DNA from: Octopus vulgaris | Lineage: Eukaryota | Length of the DNA stretch: 64,000 nucleotides | Assembly: GCA_951406725.2 (NCBI GenBank) | Contig: OX597831.1 | Location: forward strand, 64,170,001 to 64,234,000 | Direction: 5' to 3' | Part shown: piece by piece, positions 27,640 through 40,751 of the stretch | Layout: each line of letters opens with the position of its first letter | Position numbering within the stretch: position 1 is the stretch's first letter | Notes under the pieces: generated by a model | Database searches by the model: none | Told to the model about the DNA's origin: nothing | Seen by the model: the letters and a program-made list of their open reading frames with translations, nothing else | Translations under genes and position numbers: made by a program

Positions 27640-29559
27640 ATGCTGATGTAGTGCAATGGTCGACACATTGGCGCAATATGTATTTCAGTGATCAACTTAG
27701 AGAGATACCATCAATACGGTAATTAACACAGAGATGAAGTGACGACCACACATGTAAAAAGATCAAAACTGCAATACAGTGTTCGACAGTTATAATGATT
27801 AAAATTATGAACAAGGATTTACAGCCACAGTGACTATTAAAGAGGTACAACCATGAACACGATGGTACAACGATTAACACAGAAATACAGTGATATAGTG
27901 ATACGGTGACTGAGTGATCGGCGCTTTATTAGTCGTTTAGAGAATGCGCGGGCTAAGACTACGCGCCTTCACTTGTCAGTTAAGGTGAAACAGTGTCACG
28001 CGACAACTTGCTGGGGCTGCCTGCTGGAGCAGGTATTTAAAGGGGAAATTTTGACAAGTCAGTCAGTCAAAACGGTAGAGTAGTAGGGGCCGAAACCGGA
28101 CGTGGTTCCTCCTGATGATGTCTTGAGCTAACTGGATCCTATAAAGGAGCTGTTGTGGTAGCAGACCACGAAACACGGTTGTAATTCCCCTAAGAGCGGT
28201 AAAGTTATCAAAACAATGATCCAGTGATCAACGCTCTGATCAATACAAACGTACATTAATGAGCTCTGATACGGAGAACAAAACCATAGTCAAGCCGCGT
28301 GTCTCTATCGTTGATATGCGATATGTTGAGTTTATATGATATATTATGCGACATACGGGCAGACATAATCCTACGCTGAGTTAACTCCATACATGTAGCG
28401 GCACTAACCGCAATACGGGCCAACGAAGAACCATCTATTAAGTCGCTCAATCTGCTAGAAACAACGGTCAAGTCTTCCTTGACCTATATATATATAGGTG
28501 CAGACGGGGCTGTGTGGTAAGAAGTTTGCATCCTAAACACGTGATTTTAGGTTCAATCTCATTGCGTGACCTCTTATTTAGGTATCTTCTACTATAACCG
28601 CGGACCGACCGAAGCCATGTGTTTGGATTTGGTAGACGGAAACTAAAAGAAGCTCGTCGTATATGTGTGTATATATTTGTGGGAGGAGTGAGTATATGTA
28701 TCTTTGTGTCTGCATTTGTCAACCGCCACCGTCTGACAACCGGTATTGGTGTATTTACGTCCCTGTAACTTACCTGTTCGATTAAAGAGACTAATAGAAT
28801 AAGTGCTAGGCTTCAAAGAAAATATTCGTTTGACTAAAATTATTCAAAGCGGTACCCTAGCATGGCTACAGTCTAATTAATGATTGAAACGAGTAAAAAA
28901 AAAAGATATATACATATATATGTATGGATGCATGCATATATCTACGTAGGTTTCTATGTAAACAGACAAGCAGACAGATAGAATATAAGACAAAGTAGCA
29001 CTAAATACATTGCTTTATGTGTGTCGAAACACACACACACACACAGATATATATAATATACATAAGTGTATCTTCTCACTCAGCTTCTTCCGGGAAACAG
29101 AATGCAGCAACTACCCTGATATAGTTTCAAATTTTGAGATAAGGCCAGCAAGTTAGGGGATAATACGATTACATCGACCTCAATGATCGACCTTGCCTTT
29201 CACCCTTTTGGGATATTTATCGATCCCAAAAGGATAAAATGCAAGGTCGACTTCGGCGGAATTTGAACTCAGAACGTAAAGATGGACGAAATGCTGCTAA
29301 GCAGGCCGGACGAAATGCTTAGCGGCATTTTATCTGGCCTACTAATGACACTGACAGCTCTCCACCTTAGTAACTACCTAGATACATACTGTTATAAGGC
29401 TAAGTAAAGTCGAGCGGAGAAATAGCAAGGTACTTGTTTAAAAAGTCACCTGAGGAGGTGCAATTTGCATATCTTGTGCGAGGCAATTGATTATATAGCA
29501 TCTCACCAATGTGGATTTTTATAAAGTATCTCGTGAATTCCATTCTCTGTCTCTGATCT

Positions 29560-29637
<78 letters not shown>

Positions 29638-29640
<3 letters not shown>

Positions 29641-29863
29641 GGGACAAGAACGCAAAACATTCAAATAGACGATGCAAAAAACACAGACGGGTCATTCGAA
29701 GCCTCTAATCTTCAGTCAGGAACCGGATCATCCTCGCAATTTCGAAGATTAATCAGCCTAAATTGCGAGGATGATCCGGTTCTTGACTGAAGATTAGAGG
29801 CTCGAATGACCCGTCCGTGTTTTTTGTATCGTCTATTTGAATGTTTTGCGTTCTTGTCCCATT
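29638..29863. repeat. Long near-perfect inverted repeat (~105-bp arms) within (TA)n
   Basis: 29638-29742 is the reverse complement of ~29761-29863 with few mismatches. Confidence 0.9.
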
Positions 29864-29912
29864 TTGTATTTATATATATATATTATAGCGGCGTACGTAC
29901 ACCTTATTCTCT

Positions 29913-29944
<32 letters not shown>

Positions 29945-30707
29945 TGAGTTTGTGTGTGTGTGTGCTGCGAGAAATTTAATATTTTTAAAAATCGGAAATT
30001 ATACTCGAATGTAAAAACAAATGCAAAAACAAATCAGTGAAAACAAAGATACCGAAAGCAGTGAATCTTAACCATCTGACGACTAGTTTTTTATAGTTCA
30101 TCAATCGCCTTCAACTATGAAGAACTGTGTACATAAGGAATACAATCAATAATAGTTATAAATGTTGTTAGCACTAGCACCAGGGTGGTATACGTTGTTT
30201 ACTATTACTATAAAGGCTGAATGAACAGAGAAGGCATAGGTTTTTGGCTGAGAAAAATATAGCATTTGGAGCACTTAAAAAGAAACCTATAATGCTGGTT
30301 TGAGACCAGTTTACAGCATATCTTACTGAGCCTGTGAAACGCATTGTAATATTTGGTAACCTTAAGGCGGCAAACTAACAGAATTGTTACCACGTCGGAC
30401 TGAATGCTTAGCAGCATTTCGTCCGTCTTTACGTTCTGAATTCAAATTCCACTAAGGTTGACTTTGTCTTTCTTCATTTCAGGGCCGATAAAATAAAAAC
30501 CAGTTGAGCACAGGGGTCAATGTAATTGACACAACCCCTTCATCAAAATTGCTGGCCTTGTGCCAAAATTTGAAACCAATATATGAAAACCTCTTTAAGC
30601 TGTAATACGCTGTGGTTTGATAAGGATTCTTCAAATACTTGATGTTGTTTTGACAAGTCATTTTTAGAATGAAATTACGAGGCACGACATATCAAAGATA
30701 TCATATG

Positions 30708-31123
30708 CATTTGTTTACTGCCCACAAGGGGCTATACACAGAGGGGACAAACAAGAACAGACAAACGGATTAAGTCGATTACATCGACCCCAGTGCGTAA
30801 CTGGTACTTATTTAATCGATCCTGAAAGGATGAAAGGCAAAGTCGACCTTAGCGGAATTTGAACTCGGAACGTAAAGACAGACGAAATACCTATTTCTTT
30901 ACTACCCACAAGGGGCTATACACAGAGGGGACAAACAAGGACAGACACACGGATTAAGTCGATTACATCGACCCCAGTGCGTAACTGGTACTTATTTAAT
31001 CGACCCCGAAAGGATGAAAGGCAAAGTCGACCTCGGTGGAATTTGAACTCAGAACGTAACGGCAGACGAAATACCGCTAAGCATTTCGCCCGGCCTTCTA
31101 ACGTTTCTACCAGCTCGCCGCCT
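30708..31123 (-). mobile_element. SINE family B tandem dimer
   Basis: The whole dimer is flanked by one 18-bp TSD, TATCAARGATATCATATG. Confidence 0.88.
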
Positions 31124-31766
31124 TATCAAGGATATCATATGATGAAGTGAAAAAATAAAAGAAGAAATAATTTTTAAAAGCCTGGCCTTGTTACAAGGGT
31201 TAACGTAATTTGCAATACTTTACATAAACATACGGTTTCCAATAGGTTTTTAAATAGCGGCATGAAGAATAAAATTAAGTGGCAAAGAAGATAAGCTGCC
31301 GGGCACAGAAGATAAGCTGCTGGGGATGCAGTTGAAGCACCACTGCAAGTTCTGATGAAGATGACAAAATGATTTGATAGAACCCGGGTGAAAATCTAAA
31401 TTGAGAAGTATGGCTGCAATTATTTGGACAATCAGATGATGAATGAGACTTTGATGGGATGTAAGTGATAAACTCATCTTATGAGCAATGACCTTTTTAT
31501 AACCTGCGAGACAGCATTTTGCTAAATGGCGTTTAAGCTAAAGGTACTGACCAAAAGCAGGAACAATGCCAGTTTTAGTGTTTCTCTATTATTGCGTTTT
31601 ACGTTTTTCGTTTTTGTGTTTTGTACATTATAAAGTTTGAGGGCGACGTTACCTTTGTTTCTCATATACAAAAATGTGTGTGTATGTATATGAGCATGCG
31701 TATGTGTGTATGTTATTGTACAGTTTTATTTCAAGATTTCTTGCTAATAGAGAAAGAGCCAGTTTC

Positions 31767-32183
31767 GGATCTTTTCGGTTTGAACGGTAGTTTTTAACAT
31801 AATTTCTAGGTAACTAAAAAATTTTAAACTTCGTATACTGGTAGAATGTGTTTATAAAACATCTTTTTCTCTTGGCTTTATTGAGAAAATTCTATAATTT
31901 GTAAGAGATTTGTTGTTGTTTTTCTTCAATTTCTGCAATTTCAACCAATCAATTACGTCTATCGAGGTAAAAAGCATTCTATGCCGTATGAATATGTCCC
32001 TCGTTTAAGAAACAGATGGGGTTTATTTACATTTATAAAGAAAAAAAGATACCCTTCCCCCCACCCCTAACCCTAACCCTAAAACAGATTGAAATGCAAT
32101 AGATCGATACTAGGGTCATAATTATGGGTGACAATTTCATATAACACCGCTAGAAAAAACTGCCGTTCAAACCGAAAAGATCC
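31767..32183 (+). mobile_element. MITE family M1, copy 3
   Basis: TIRs and internal sequence match the other copies; imperfect TSD (shared AGTTTC). Confidence 0.88.
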
Positions 32184-32461
32184 TAGTTTCTAACCCAGAT
32201 TCAAGGCTCCTTCATTGGAATTTGAACATCAACAACATGATTATTCATGCCAGGATCACTCATTGAAGGCTTACCGATCGCAGGGTTAGCCGTCTACTGC
32301 TGAGTGGACTGGAGCAACGTGAAACTAATGTTTTGTTCAAGAACACAATACTCAGATAGTCTGAGAATCGAAACTACGATCTCACTATCGTAAGTACTAC
32401 ACCCTAATCACTAGGCCACGCTCCTTCACACACACACAAACACGCATGCACAAGCACTTAC

Positions 32462-32515
<54 letters not shown>

Positions 32516-32704
32516 CCTTATGTAATATATATATGTGTGTGTATATACACACACACGCACACAAACACACACACACACACAAACACACGCACACAAACAC
32601 ACACACACAAACACACGCACGCACAAACACTTACATATACATATATATATATACATAACCTTATATAATATATATGTGTGTGTGTACATACACACACAGG
32701 CACA

Positions 32705-32759
<55 letters not shown>

Positions 32760-32841
32760 TAGAGGAAAAAGACAACAAAAACCAAGGCAGGACGAGGATC
32801 TCAAGTCACTTATAATTCAGTTAAGGTAAGATGAATTAGAA

Positions 32842-32917
32842 GTCTTACAGCCGTTTCTGGGATATCCCAAGTGATAGGTTAGCATGTCCGTACACTGGGT
32901 ATTCCGTCGTCAGAGAC
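32842..32917 (-). ncRNA. Type I hammerhead ribozyme (canonical core)
   Basis: GTCT-CTGACGA-[CGGAATACCCAGTG...CACTTGGGATATCCCA]-GAAAC-GGCT-GTA-AGAC. Confidence 0.7.
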
Positions 32918-34097
32918 AAGGTATGTATGAAAGTTCTAGACAGAGAACTTATCAGTGCTCTCAAATTTAAAATATAAAATACTGTATTGAGGAAGGGAAT
33001 AAGTGAGTAGAAATATGATTTTACATCTTTTTTATCTCTTTAACCCCGAAACGCGTATACAGTTAATCAAAGCAGGGTGGATTCGTTATTTTATTTTCTC
33101 TTTACCTGCGTGAGTTGTAGAATATTGCTGTCTGGGAGTTATCTTATGATAGTAGAATAGTATTTTAACTGCTATTTCTAAATTTCGGTATGTGGTGAAG
33201 CAAATTTTGCTGAACCCTAATTGTAATTATGCTCATAATTATAGAATTTTTGTGTATATATATATATATGTGTATGTGTGTGTGTATACATATATGTTTA
33301 TATATATACACACATACACACACACATATATACGCGCGCGCGCGCATGTGCAAAACAAGGTGAAGAAAATAGCACTCAAATTCCAATACATTTTTTTTTT
33401 GAGCTGAAAAGATTTAACAAATTGTTATTCAGAGTTTCATATAGCCGATCATCGGAGAGTCGTGAGTATTTTAACAATACTCTAGCTTATAAGCGTTTAT
33501 AGACAGTGCAGTGATAATTATTTAGTAACTCATCAAATAAACGTTAAAACTTATTGGACAGAGTGTTATTACTCTTCAAAATAGAATGAATCTATTGGAT
33601 CAAAATCTTTGAACATTCATAAGAAAAATATAAACATTAAAGAAAAATGAGTCGAAATGGAAATAACAACTAAATAACATAAATCAACTAATAGACTTTG
33701 GAAACAGGCATAATAATTGCTAAAGCATACGCGTCCGTCAGTGACGCGAACATTGATGTCATTCTGCACTCCTGAAAATCATTTAAGGGTTTTAACGGTT
33801 CTCCTTTGATTAACAAAAACGGTAATGAATTGTTCGATGAAGCTATAGCTATGTATAACAGACCAGAATTATATATGTTTGTTGGAACGTATATTCTGGA
33901 TTGTTTACATACAGAACTCTCATATACAAGTGCGGGTGTATATAGATATGAATATAAATATGGAGATGTACTTGCATAGCAAGTGACTTGATCTGAGACC
34001 GTGTGCTGGAACGAAAACAATTGCAGCGTGGAAGGTGTTTATAAGCCATTTAAGAAACACACAAAACCGTTAGATTCACTTCAACATTTAAATTTAA

Positions 34098-34148
34098 TTT
34101 GTCAAAATATTTTCGTCGCTTTGAGGCCGCGACCTGTTCACTGACAAA
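34098..34148 (-). ncRNA. Hammerhead-like motif with G3:C8 swapped core
   Basis: TTTGTCA-GTGAACA-G-GTCGC(9 nt)GCGAC-GAAA-ATAT-TT-TGACAAA. Confidence 0.55.
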
Positions 34149-34349
34149 GATTCGTGCTGCAATGATGGCCAGGTAAGTCTTACCCTCTTAATAGTCTTAC
34201 CCTCTTAAGACTATTGAGCATGAACTCAATAGGCTTATGAAGGATTTTATTGCCTTCTTCCTGTATATGGCTTTAAGAATCACGACTGACACGAACCTTA
34301 GTAGTATACCCTTTTTCATACCACTTTAGGTCTACATAACAGTTGTTGG

Positions 34350-34950
34350 TCTTATCGTAATCCTAATGAAAGACAATTTTATATTAATAAGGATTCCAAT
34401 CACCTGCCCTATATAATTAAAAACATTGTCTGTAACATAGTTTGTTCCCTTTGTCATAGATTGAGACGGTTATTAACACGGCCCCCTCTTGCTACAAGTA
34501 TGCCCTTGGAAATAGCAGATTCTCCGAGTAGATTCATTACGTTGGCGGCGTAAATAATCCCAGATCTTGCAAAAGTAGAAACATGTTGTTGTTCATCCCA
34601 ACATTTAGCATGAATGTCAAAGGCAACGGAACTAGAGAATTTTTAAACTTAGTATCTTGACATTTCCCCAGGTGCCGTAAGTATTGCAGAATATTTAACG
34701 GTAGAATCCTGAAAGTTAGCTATTCTTGCCATAAAAACTTTGTTTCGTTTGTTAGCAAGCATGATATGAGTAGACTCGATAATATGATGACAGCCTAAGT
34801 GTAATTGTAAAGATTTTGTAACTGCCTTCTGAATGATAATTTTATGATCAAAAGAGTTGTATATAAAGCTAAGGACTAGGTTAATAATAGCCCTACATAT
34901 AAAACTTACACCGGAGTTACAAAAACAGCTTTAAGACGATATTTTATTTA
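34350..34950 (+). pseudogene. Penelope-like element remnant (RT C-terminus and GIY-YIG endonuclease pieces)
   Basis: YRNPNERQFYINKDSNHLPYIIKNI resembles the PLE YRKP..YI...SNHP motif. CNCKD...VVYKA...TYTGVTK..FK resembles the Cys-linker plus GIY-YIG. Flanked on both sides by hammerhead-like motifs. Confidence 0.65.
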
Positions 34951-34964
34951 TATAAATATTCCTT

Positions 34965-35348
34965 TATTCTGTTGTGTCTGGGGAAAGTCATTCTCTTTTA
35001 GTGCCTTATTATTTAACACACTCACCGGTAAAATTTCCACTTATTTCTTATTTTTATTTTCTAAAATTTTCGTTGCGTCTTGCAACCTTTTCAATAGTCT
35101 TGACTCTGTCCGTTATTTACACTGCGTTCCTTTTTGTTTTTGTTTGTACGACCCACACACATGCGCACAAACAAACAAAAGGGGACGCAGTGTAAATAAC
35201 GGACAGAGTCAAGACTATTGAAAAGGTTGCAAGACGCAACGAAAATTTTAGGAAATAAAAAATAAGAAATAAGTGGAAATTTTACCGGTGAATGTGTTAA
35301 ATTATAAGGCACAAAAAGAAAATGACTCTACCCAGACACAACAGAATA
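34965..35348. repeat. Long inverted repeat (~185-bp arms)
   Basis: 34965-35150 is the reverse complement of 35164-35348; each arm carries a hammerhead-like motif. Confidence 0.9.
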
Positions 35349-36976
35349 TGCTTCAACACATGAACTCACATAAAGAATCTTGCAAACCAAATCCCAAAAC
35401 GAAATATTCCTTTATATATCTAGAAAGTAGGCCATTGACTGGTTCATCTAAACATGTGTGGCATTTGAAAGAAACTGCTTCTGCTGTTGTAGGCATTCTT
35501 CGTAGTTTCTGTTCGAGGCATTTGCCACTGGATGATTAATATATTAATATATTATTTATTGCCATATCTCATTATGCAAATTCTTTACTGCTTTTAACAT
35601 AACTTCGAATATGTTAGAAATGTTTTCTTATTTTTTTTGTAATTTTGAACAAGAATTGTTCCCTTCTGACAGGCACCTTCGATCTTATATAACTTTAAAA
35701 GATAATTTTTCTTTTTGTTTCATCTTTATCGTTAGGAAGACCTTTTATCGACTATGTTATAGGTTATACACACGTTTATTGTGTCATATTATTCAAAATT
35801 TGTGTTACAAGCAGCTCTATAATGTAAAGACAGTGTATACTTCAGCGCTAAAGGAAACGAACCCCTTCGGGGGTGAACGAGAACGTCAGATATCGAAATT
35901 TCGTAGTCTTTTCTGTTTATCGATTAAATTATATTGTTTTCAGATTTTGGCACAAGGGCAGTAATCTCGAATGAGTGGGTAAATCGATTACATCGACCCC
36001 AGAGTTCAACTGGTACTTATTTTATCGACCCAGAAAAGATGAAAGACAAATTGGACCTCGGCGAAATTTGAACTTATGGCGTAAAGGCAGACGAAATGAA
36101 AGTATTTTGCTCGGCGTGCCAACTATTCTTATTTGTTTATTGCCCACATGGGGCTAAACATAGAGGGGACAAACAAGGACAAACAAAGGGATTAAGTCGA
36201 TTACATCGACCCCAGTGCGTAACTGGTACTTATTTAATCGACCCCGAAAGGATGAAAGGCAAAGTCGACCTCGGCGGAATTTGAACTACGCACTTCGCCC
36301 GGCGTACTAACGTTTCTGCCAGCTCGCCACCTTATTATATTATATTATATCTAATTATATTATATTACTCATTTTTTTTAATATCACTTCTACGTTGAAT
36401 TAATTGGATTGGTTGTTTACATATTTTCCGATATATTTTTCTACGTCCTTACACATTTCGTAATTAAACTTCGGCTGTTTATTTTGATCGGTCTTTTTCT
36501 ATGCCCGTATGTCGAGTTTTTGGAGGGTTTTTTTTCTTCTTTCACACCCTACAGTGATAATATCTTTAGATCTTTATCGAATTTTTCTATCTAATGCATA
36601 CTTTCTAATCGCTTCTATCTCCCAGCATCATACTTGTTTATCCCTATTTGATACAAATTGTCAATTGGAACTTATAGCATATCTTCACTTAGCTCCCATC
36701 CTCTCTACTTTTCCTCTCTTTTCTCCTCTCCTAAGTTTTCTCTCTCTTCCCTGCCTGTTAATGAACACCCACAATGAATGCATGTTTATCTTTTATCTTT
36801 AACATATTTCTGTTATTAGACGGCTTCCATGTTGAGGCACCGCCTTGAAAAATTCTAGTCGGACAAGTCGGCCTATTTTATGTTTTTTTAAGCCCGGTAT
36901 CGTTTGCCGAACCACTAAGTTACGAGGACATAAACACGTCAACACTGGTTGTCAAGCGGTGGGACAAATACGGATA

Positions 36977-37010
<34 letters not shown>

Positions 37011-37232
37011 ACATTTTCCGTCTACCAATCCCACCCACAAGACTTTGAGTAGCCCGAGGCTATTGTAGAAGAGCCGGAACCATGTAGTTGTTCTTACCAC
37101 ACAACCACGCCTGCGCCTATGTGTGTATGAATGTGTGTGGGTGGGTGTGTATTCGTGGGTATGTGACCTCGTGTGTACCGTTGGCGATTTTTTTCCTCTG
37201 TCTTCCCTTCTCTGGATCTTTCCTTCTCCTAT

Positions 37233-37267
37233 GTTTCCGACGAAGAGCTCCGCTCGAAACGTTAAAC
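37233..37267 (+). ncRNA. Minimal hammerhead-like motif (U4C core)
   Basis: GTTT-CCGACGA-A-GAGC-TCC-GCTC-GAAAC-GTT-AAAC. A sister copy at 43604-43639 (minus strand) has CTGACGA but GATAC. Confidence 0.55.
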
Positions 37268-37364
37268 CCTCCTTCTTTCCTTCTTTCCTGAGCTCCAATA
37301 ATAATATATTTGTTCCACGTCCTCGCGTTGTTGTGTTTTTTTTTGTGCTTTCTTGTTTTTATTA

Positions 37365-37409
<45 letters not shown>

Positions 37410-37633
37410 TTAAACTATCATATGTCCAAATTTAGCCAAATGCGTTTTGTTCAATATTTACTTTTGCTTACAATATTTGGTTATACTATCGTATCTCCAG
37501 CCGCTTCAGACGCCAAGATATCAAAAATTGTCAAAGTGCAGTACAGTGGTTTCGCTATGGAATGATGAAACTATTTATTCGTTTTCTGAAAAGCAACGTT
37601 TTGGACTTACGATAATTTTACATAATAGCAACC

Positions 37634-37667
<34 letters not shown>

Positions 37668-37671
37668 ACAC

Positions 37672-38150
37672 ACGAGGTGATATCAAAAGGTTCTTGGATT
37701 AGCTATGTTTAATAAAAAAAATTATTTATTTACCTAAGTTTTGATATCATCTCCTTTGAAATATTCACCTTGCGCAGCAATACACCTGTCCCAGCGTTTC
37801 TTCAACTTTTGGAATCCGGCCTGGAAATCCTTTTTCCGTAAGTTAGTCGAGGACATTCTGCGATTCGCTGTTGATCTCGACAACGGTGTTAAAACGATGA
37901 CCCTTGAGCTTCATTTTCATCTCGAGGAAGAGATGGAGGTTCGCAGGCGCTAAATCTGGCGAATAGGGCAGGTGCGTGAAACTCACGAGTGTGGAGAGCG
38001 CAGTGAAGATTCCAGTTCTTCGCGCTCCACAGATCCGGTCGCTTTCGTCAGGTGTCCTCCCTCAAAAGCTTCAAAACGTCGCAGGAGAACTCTCGATTGA
38101 CGGCCTGGCCCTGCGGACGAATTCGACAACGGAACGCTAGAAGGCATGGT
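37672..38150 (-). mobile_element. Mariner transposon remnant (transposase C-terminus plus terminal region)
   Basis: Minus-strand translation HLPYSPDLAPANLHLFLEMKMKLKGHRFNTVVEI...KRWDRCIAAQGEYF (frameshifted); YSPDLAP is the mariner motif. Confidence 0.85.
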
Positions 38151-38255
38151 CGACCTCTGCTGATTATGACCAAACTGTTTTACGTTTTTCTTTTATCATT
38201 CACTGTTTCAGTCGTTAAACTGTGTTCATGCTAGGGCACCGCCTTGAAGGGTTGA

Positions 38256-38383
<128 letters not shown>

Positions 38384-38436
38384 GTATATGCACGCGTATA
38401 TGTATAATTCATACAAACACACGCACACTCACACTC

Positions 38437-38497
<61 letters not shown>

Positions 38498-39669
38498 TAT
38501 AAATGTCTGGCTTCCATATAGTTTCCTTCTACCAAATTTACTCTCAAAGCATTGGTCGGTCCGAAGCTATAGTAAAAGACACTTGTGTCTAAGGTGCAGT
38601 GCAGTGGGACCGAACCCGTGACCACGAAGGTACAAAGCGAGTTTCTAAACCAATCAGCCACACCTACACTAAGAAATAATTATCTATTTTGCAAGTTGCT
38701 GTCAATGGAATGACAAACTTCTCTAAAATAATACAGAATTAGGAGAAAAAAAGACATTTTGGAAACACATATTGTTTCTTTGTTCTCTCAATTTATAAGT
38801 AAACGAGCAATCAGTAATTTTGTTTTCTCTTAATATCTGTGAATATCTTCTCAATCTCCTGCGTAGTTGAACTTTCTATCATCAGACAGTGTTCCAAATA
38901 CTAGTTATTGAACGCTAATTTACGCGATGATGATGCGATTATAGCAGCGAAAATTATGTAGTTACTCGTGGATATGTATTTGAGAAGTGAATAGACTAGA
39001 CTATGAAGCCTATGTTAACGTTTATTGTTTCTATGCTTAAAGTTTAGTCATAGCAACATCAATAATTACTTAAAACGCAGTGATGGAATCTAATGATTCA
39101 TTATAATTACAAAGATGTATACTGTTACATCCAGCTATATATCATTGAAAAGAAAGCTGAAATAGAAAACACGACAGTAGTAAACATGATTGAAATTTAA
39201 ATAGATAAATCATTATAGTCTTCATCATCATCTTCATCATCATCATCATCATCATCAATAGCAGTAGCAGCAGCGGTAGCAGCAGCAACCATATTCTAGC
39301 TACAGGTTTTCTTCTCAACATTCATAGAGAACAAGAGTCACGCTTTACATTTTCCTTTATACATTGCCTCTTAAAGAGAGAAAAAAAATCAATAACACAG
39401 TATAAGCAATAGTCAGATATCTATCTCAAAGACACATACTAACACGCACATCATGCGTACACACACACGTGCATACGTGAGTACATATAAGCGTACGTAT
39501 ATATATATATATACGCACATACGTATTCACACGTGCATTCAGAATTACGTGCACGCCATACATGTACGTACGCATAAAAGTTTCTTTAGAAAAAGGCTGA
39601 CATGCATTATATTCCATGAGGCAGTGGAGCGGTGATGAACTGCAAGTCACTCCAAGGATTCAGGGTAGG

Positions 39670-39958
39670 TACATACATACATGCATACATACATACATAC
39701 ATACATACATACATACATACATACATACATACACTCATACATACATACACTCATACATATATACATACATACATACATACATACATGCATACATACATAC
39801 ATATATGCATACATACATATATACAAACATATATACATACATACATGCATGCATACATACATACATACATACATACATACATACATACATACATACATAC
39901 ATACATGGATACATACATACATACATACATACATACATACATGCATACATACATACAT
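39670..39958. repeat. (TACA)n microsatellite
   Basis: Direct reading. Confidence 0.95.
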
Positions 39959-40751
39959 AATCGCCCACACGTACACACATGAAGCAACACTTCTATCAAC
40001 AGCCTACCTATTTCTCTGATATCTGACGAGAAATGCAGTGAGTTGTAAGAGATGAATGAAAACACATCCCATGATAGAATTTGCAACAAGAAATGCATAA
40101 CCAAGGAAAATAACATCTTGATTTTAAAAAAAAAAACTATGGAAAACCTATTTAAACAAAAACTTGGAGGACAAATACTTTCCCTATCAGCTGAAAGTTA
40201 TGCGTGATTGCAAATTTCACATGCTACAGGATACTTATGACATTTACAGGTTTAAGCAGATCCTGCTGAACTTCTAATAGATGCCCTCAGATTTCACTTC
40301 GAAGCCTATACCTATTTCTTTACTACCCACAAGGGGCTGAACACAGAGGGGACAAACAAGGACAGACAAACGGATTAAGTCGATTATATCGACTCCAGTG
40401 CATAACTTGTACTTATTTAATCGACCCCCCGAAAGGAGGAAAGGCATTTCGCCCGGCATTCTAACGTTTCTGCCAGCTCGCCGCCTTTTCAGAAACAGGA
40501 GACGACGGTTGACAAATACAGACGCACACAGATGAACACAGAAATGTCTGGCGCTGTTTGACTTACAAGTAAAAAAACCTTCTCGCGTGATTATCTTTTC
40601 TTTTGAAAAACATAAGAAGTCTGTTCTTAACATTTGTCTATTATACACATGAAACCAACACAAGTCTGTAAAAGAAAGACAACAGCCACAACTGTTTGTA
40701 ATATCCCGAATCGTAGTATAGTAGGAAACAACATATCCTAAAACTGGAGGC

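Larger units (their letters stand above)
25570..28260 (+). repeat. Degenerate minisatellite-like tract (approx. ACAGTGATCAACACAGAGAT)
   Basis: Dozens of decayed CAGTGATCAA / ACAGAGAT motifs, interrupted by MITE, SINE and other insertions. Confidence 0.6.

Noticed and set aside
37422-37565. Short ORF with signal-peptide-like start (MRFVQYLLLLTIFGYTIVSPAASDA)
   Set aside because: Only 47 codons, flanked by repeats, with no supportable splice partner or homology. Hydrophobic stretches arise easily in T-rich DNA.
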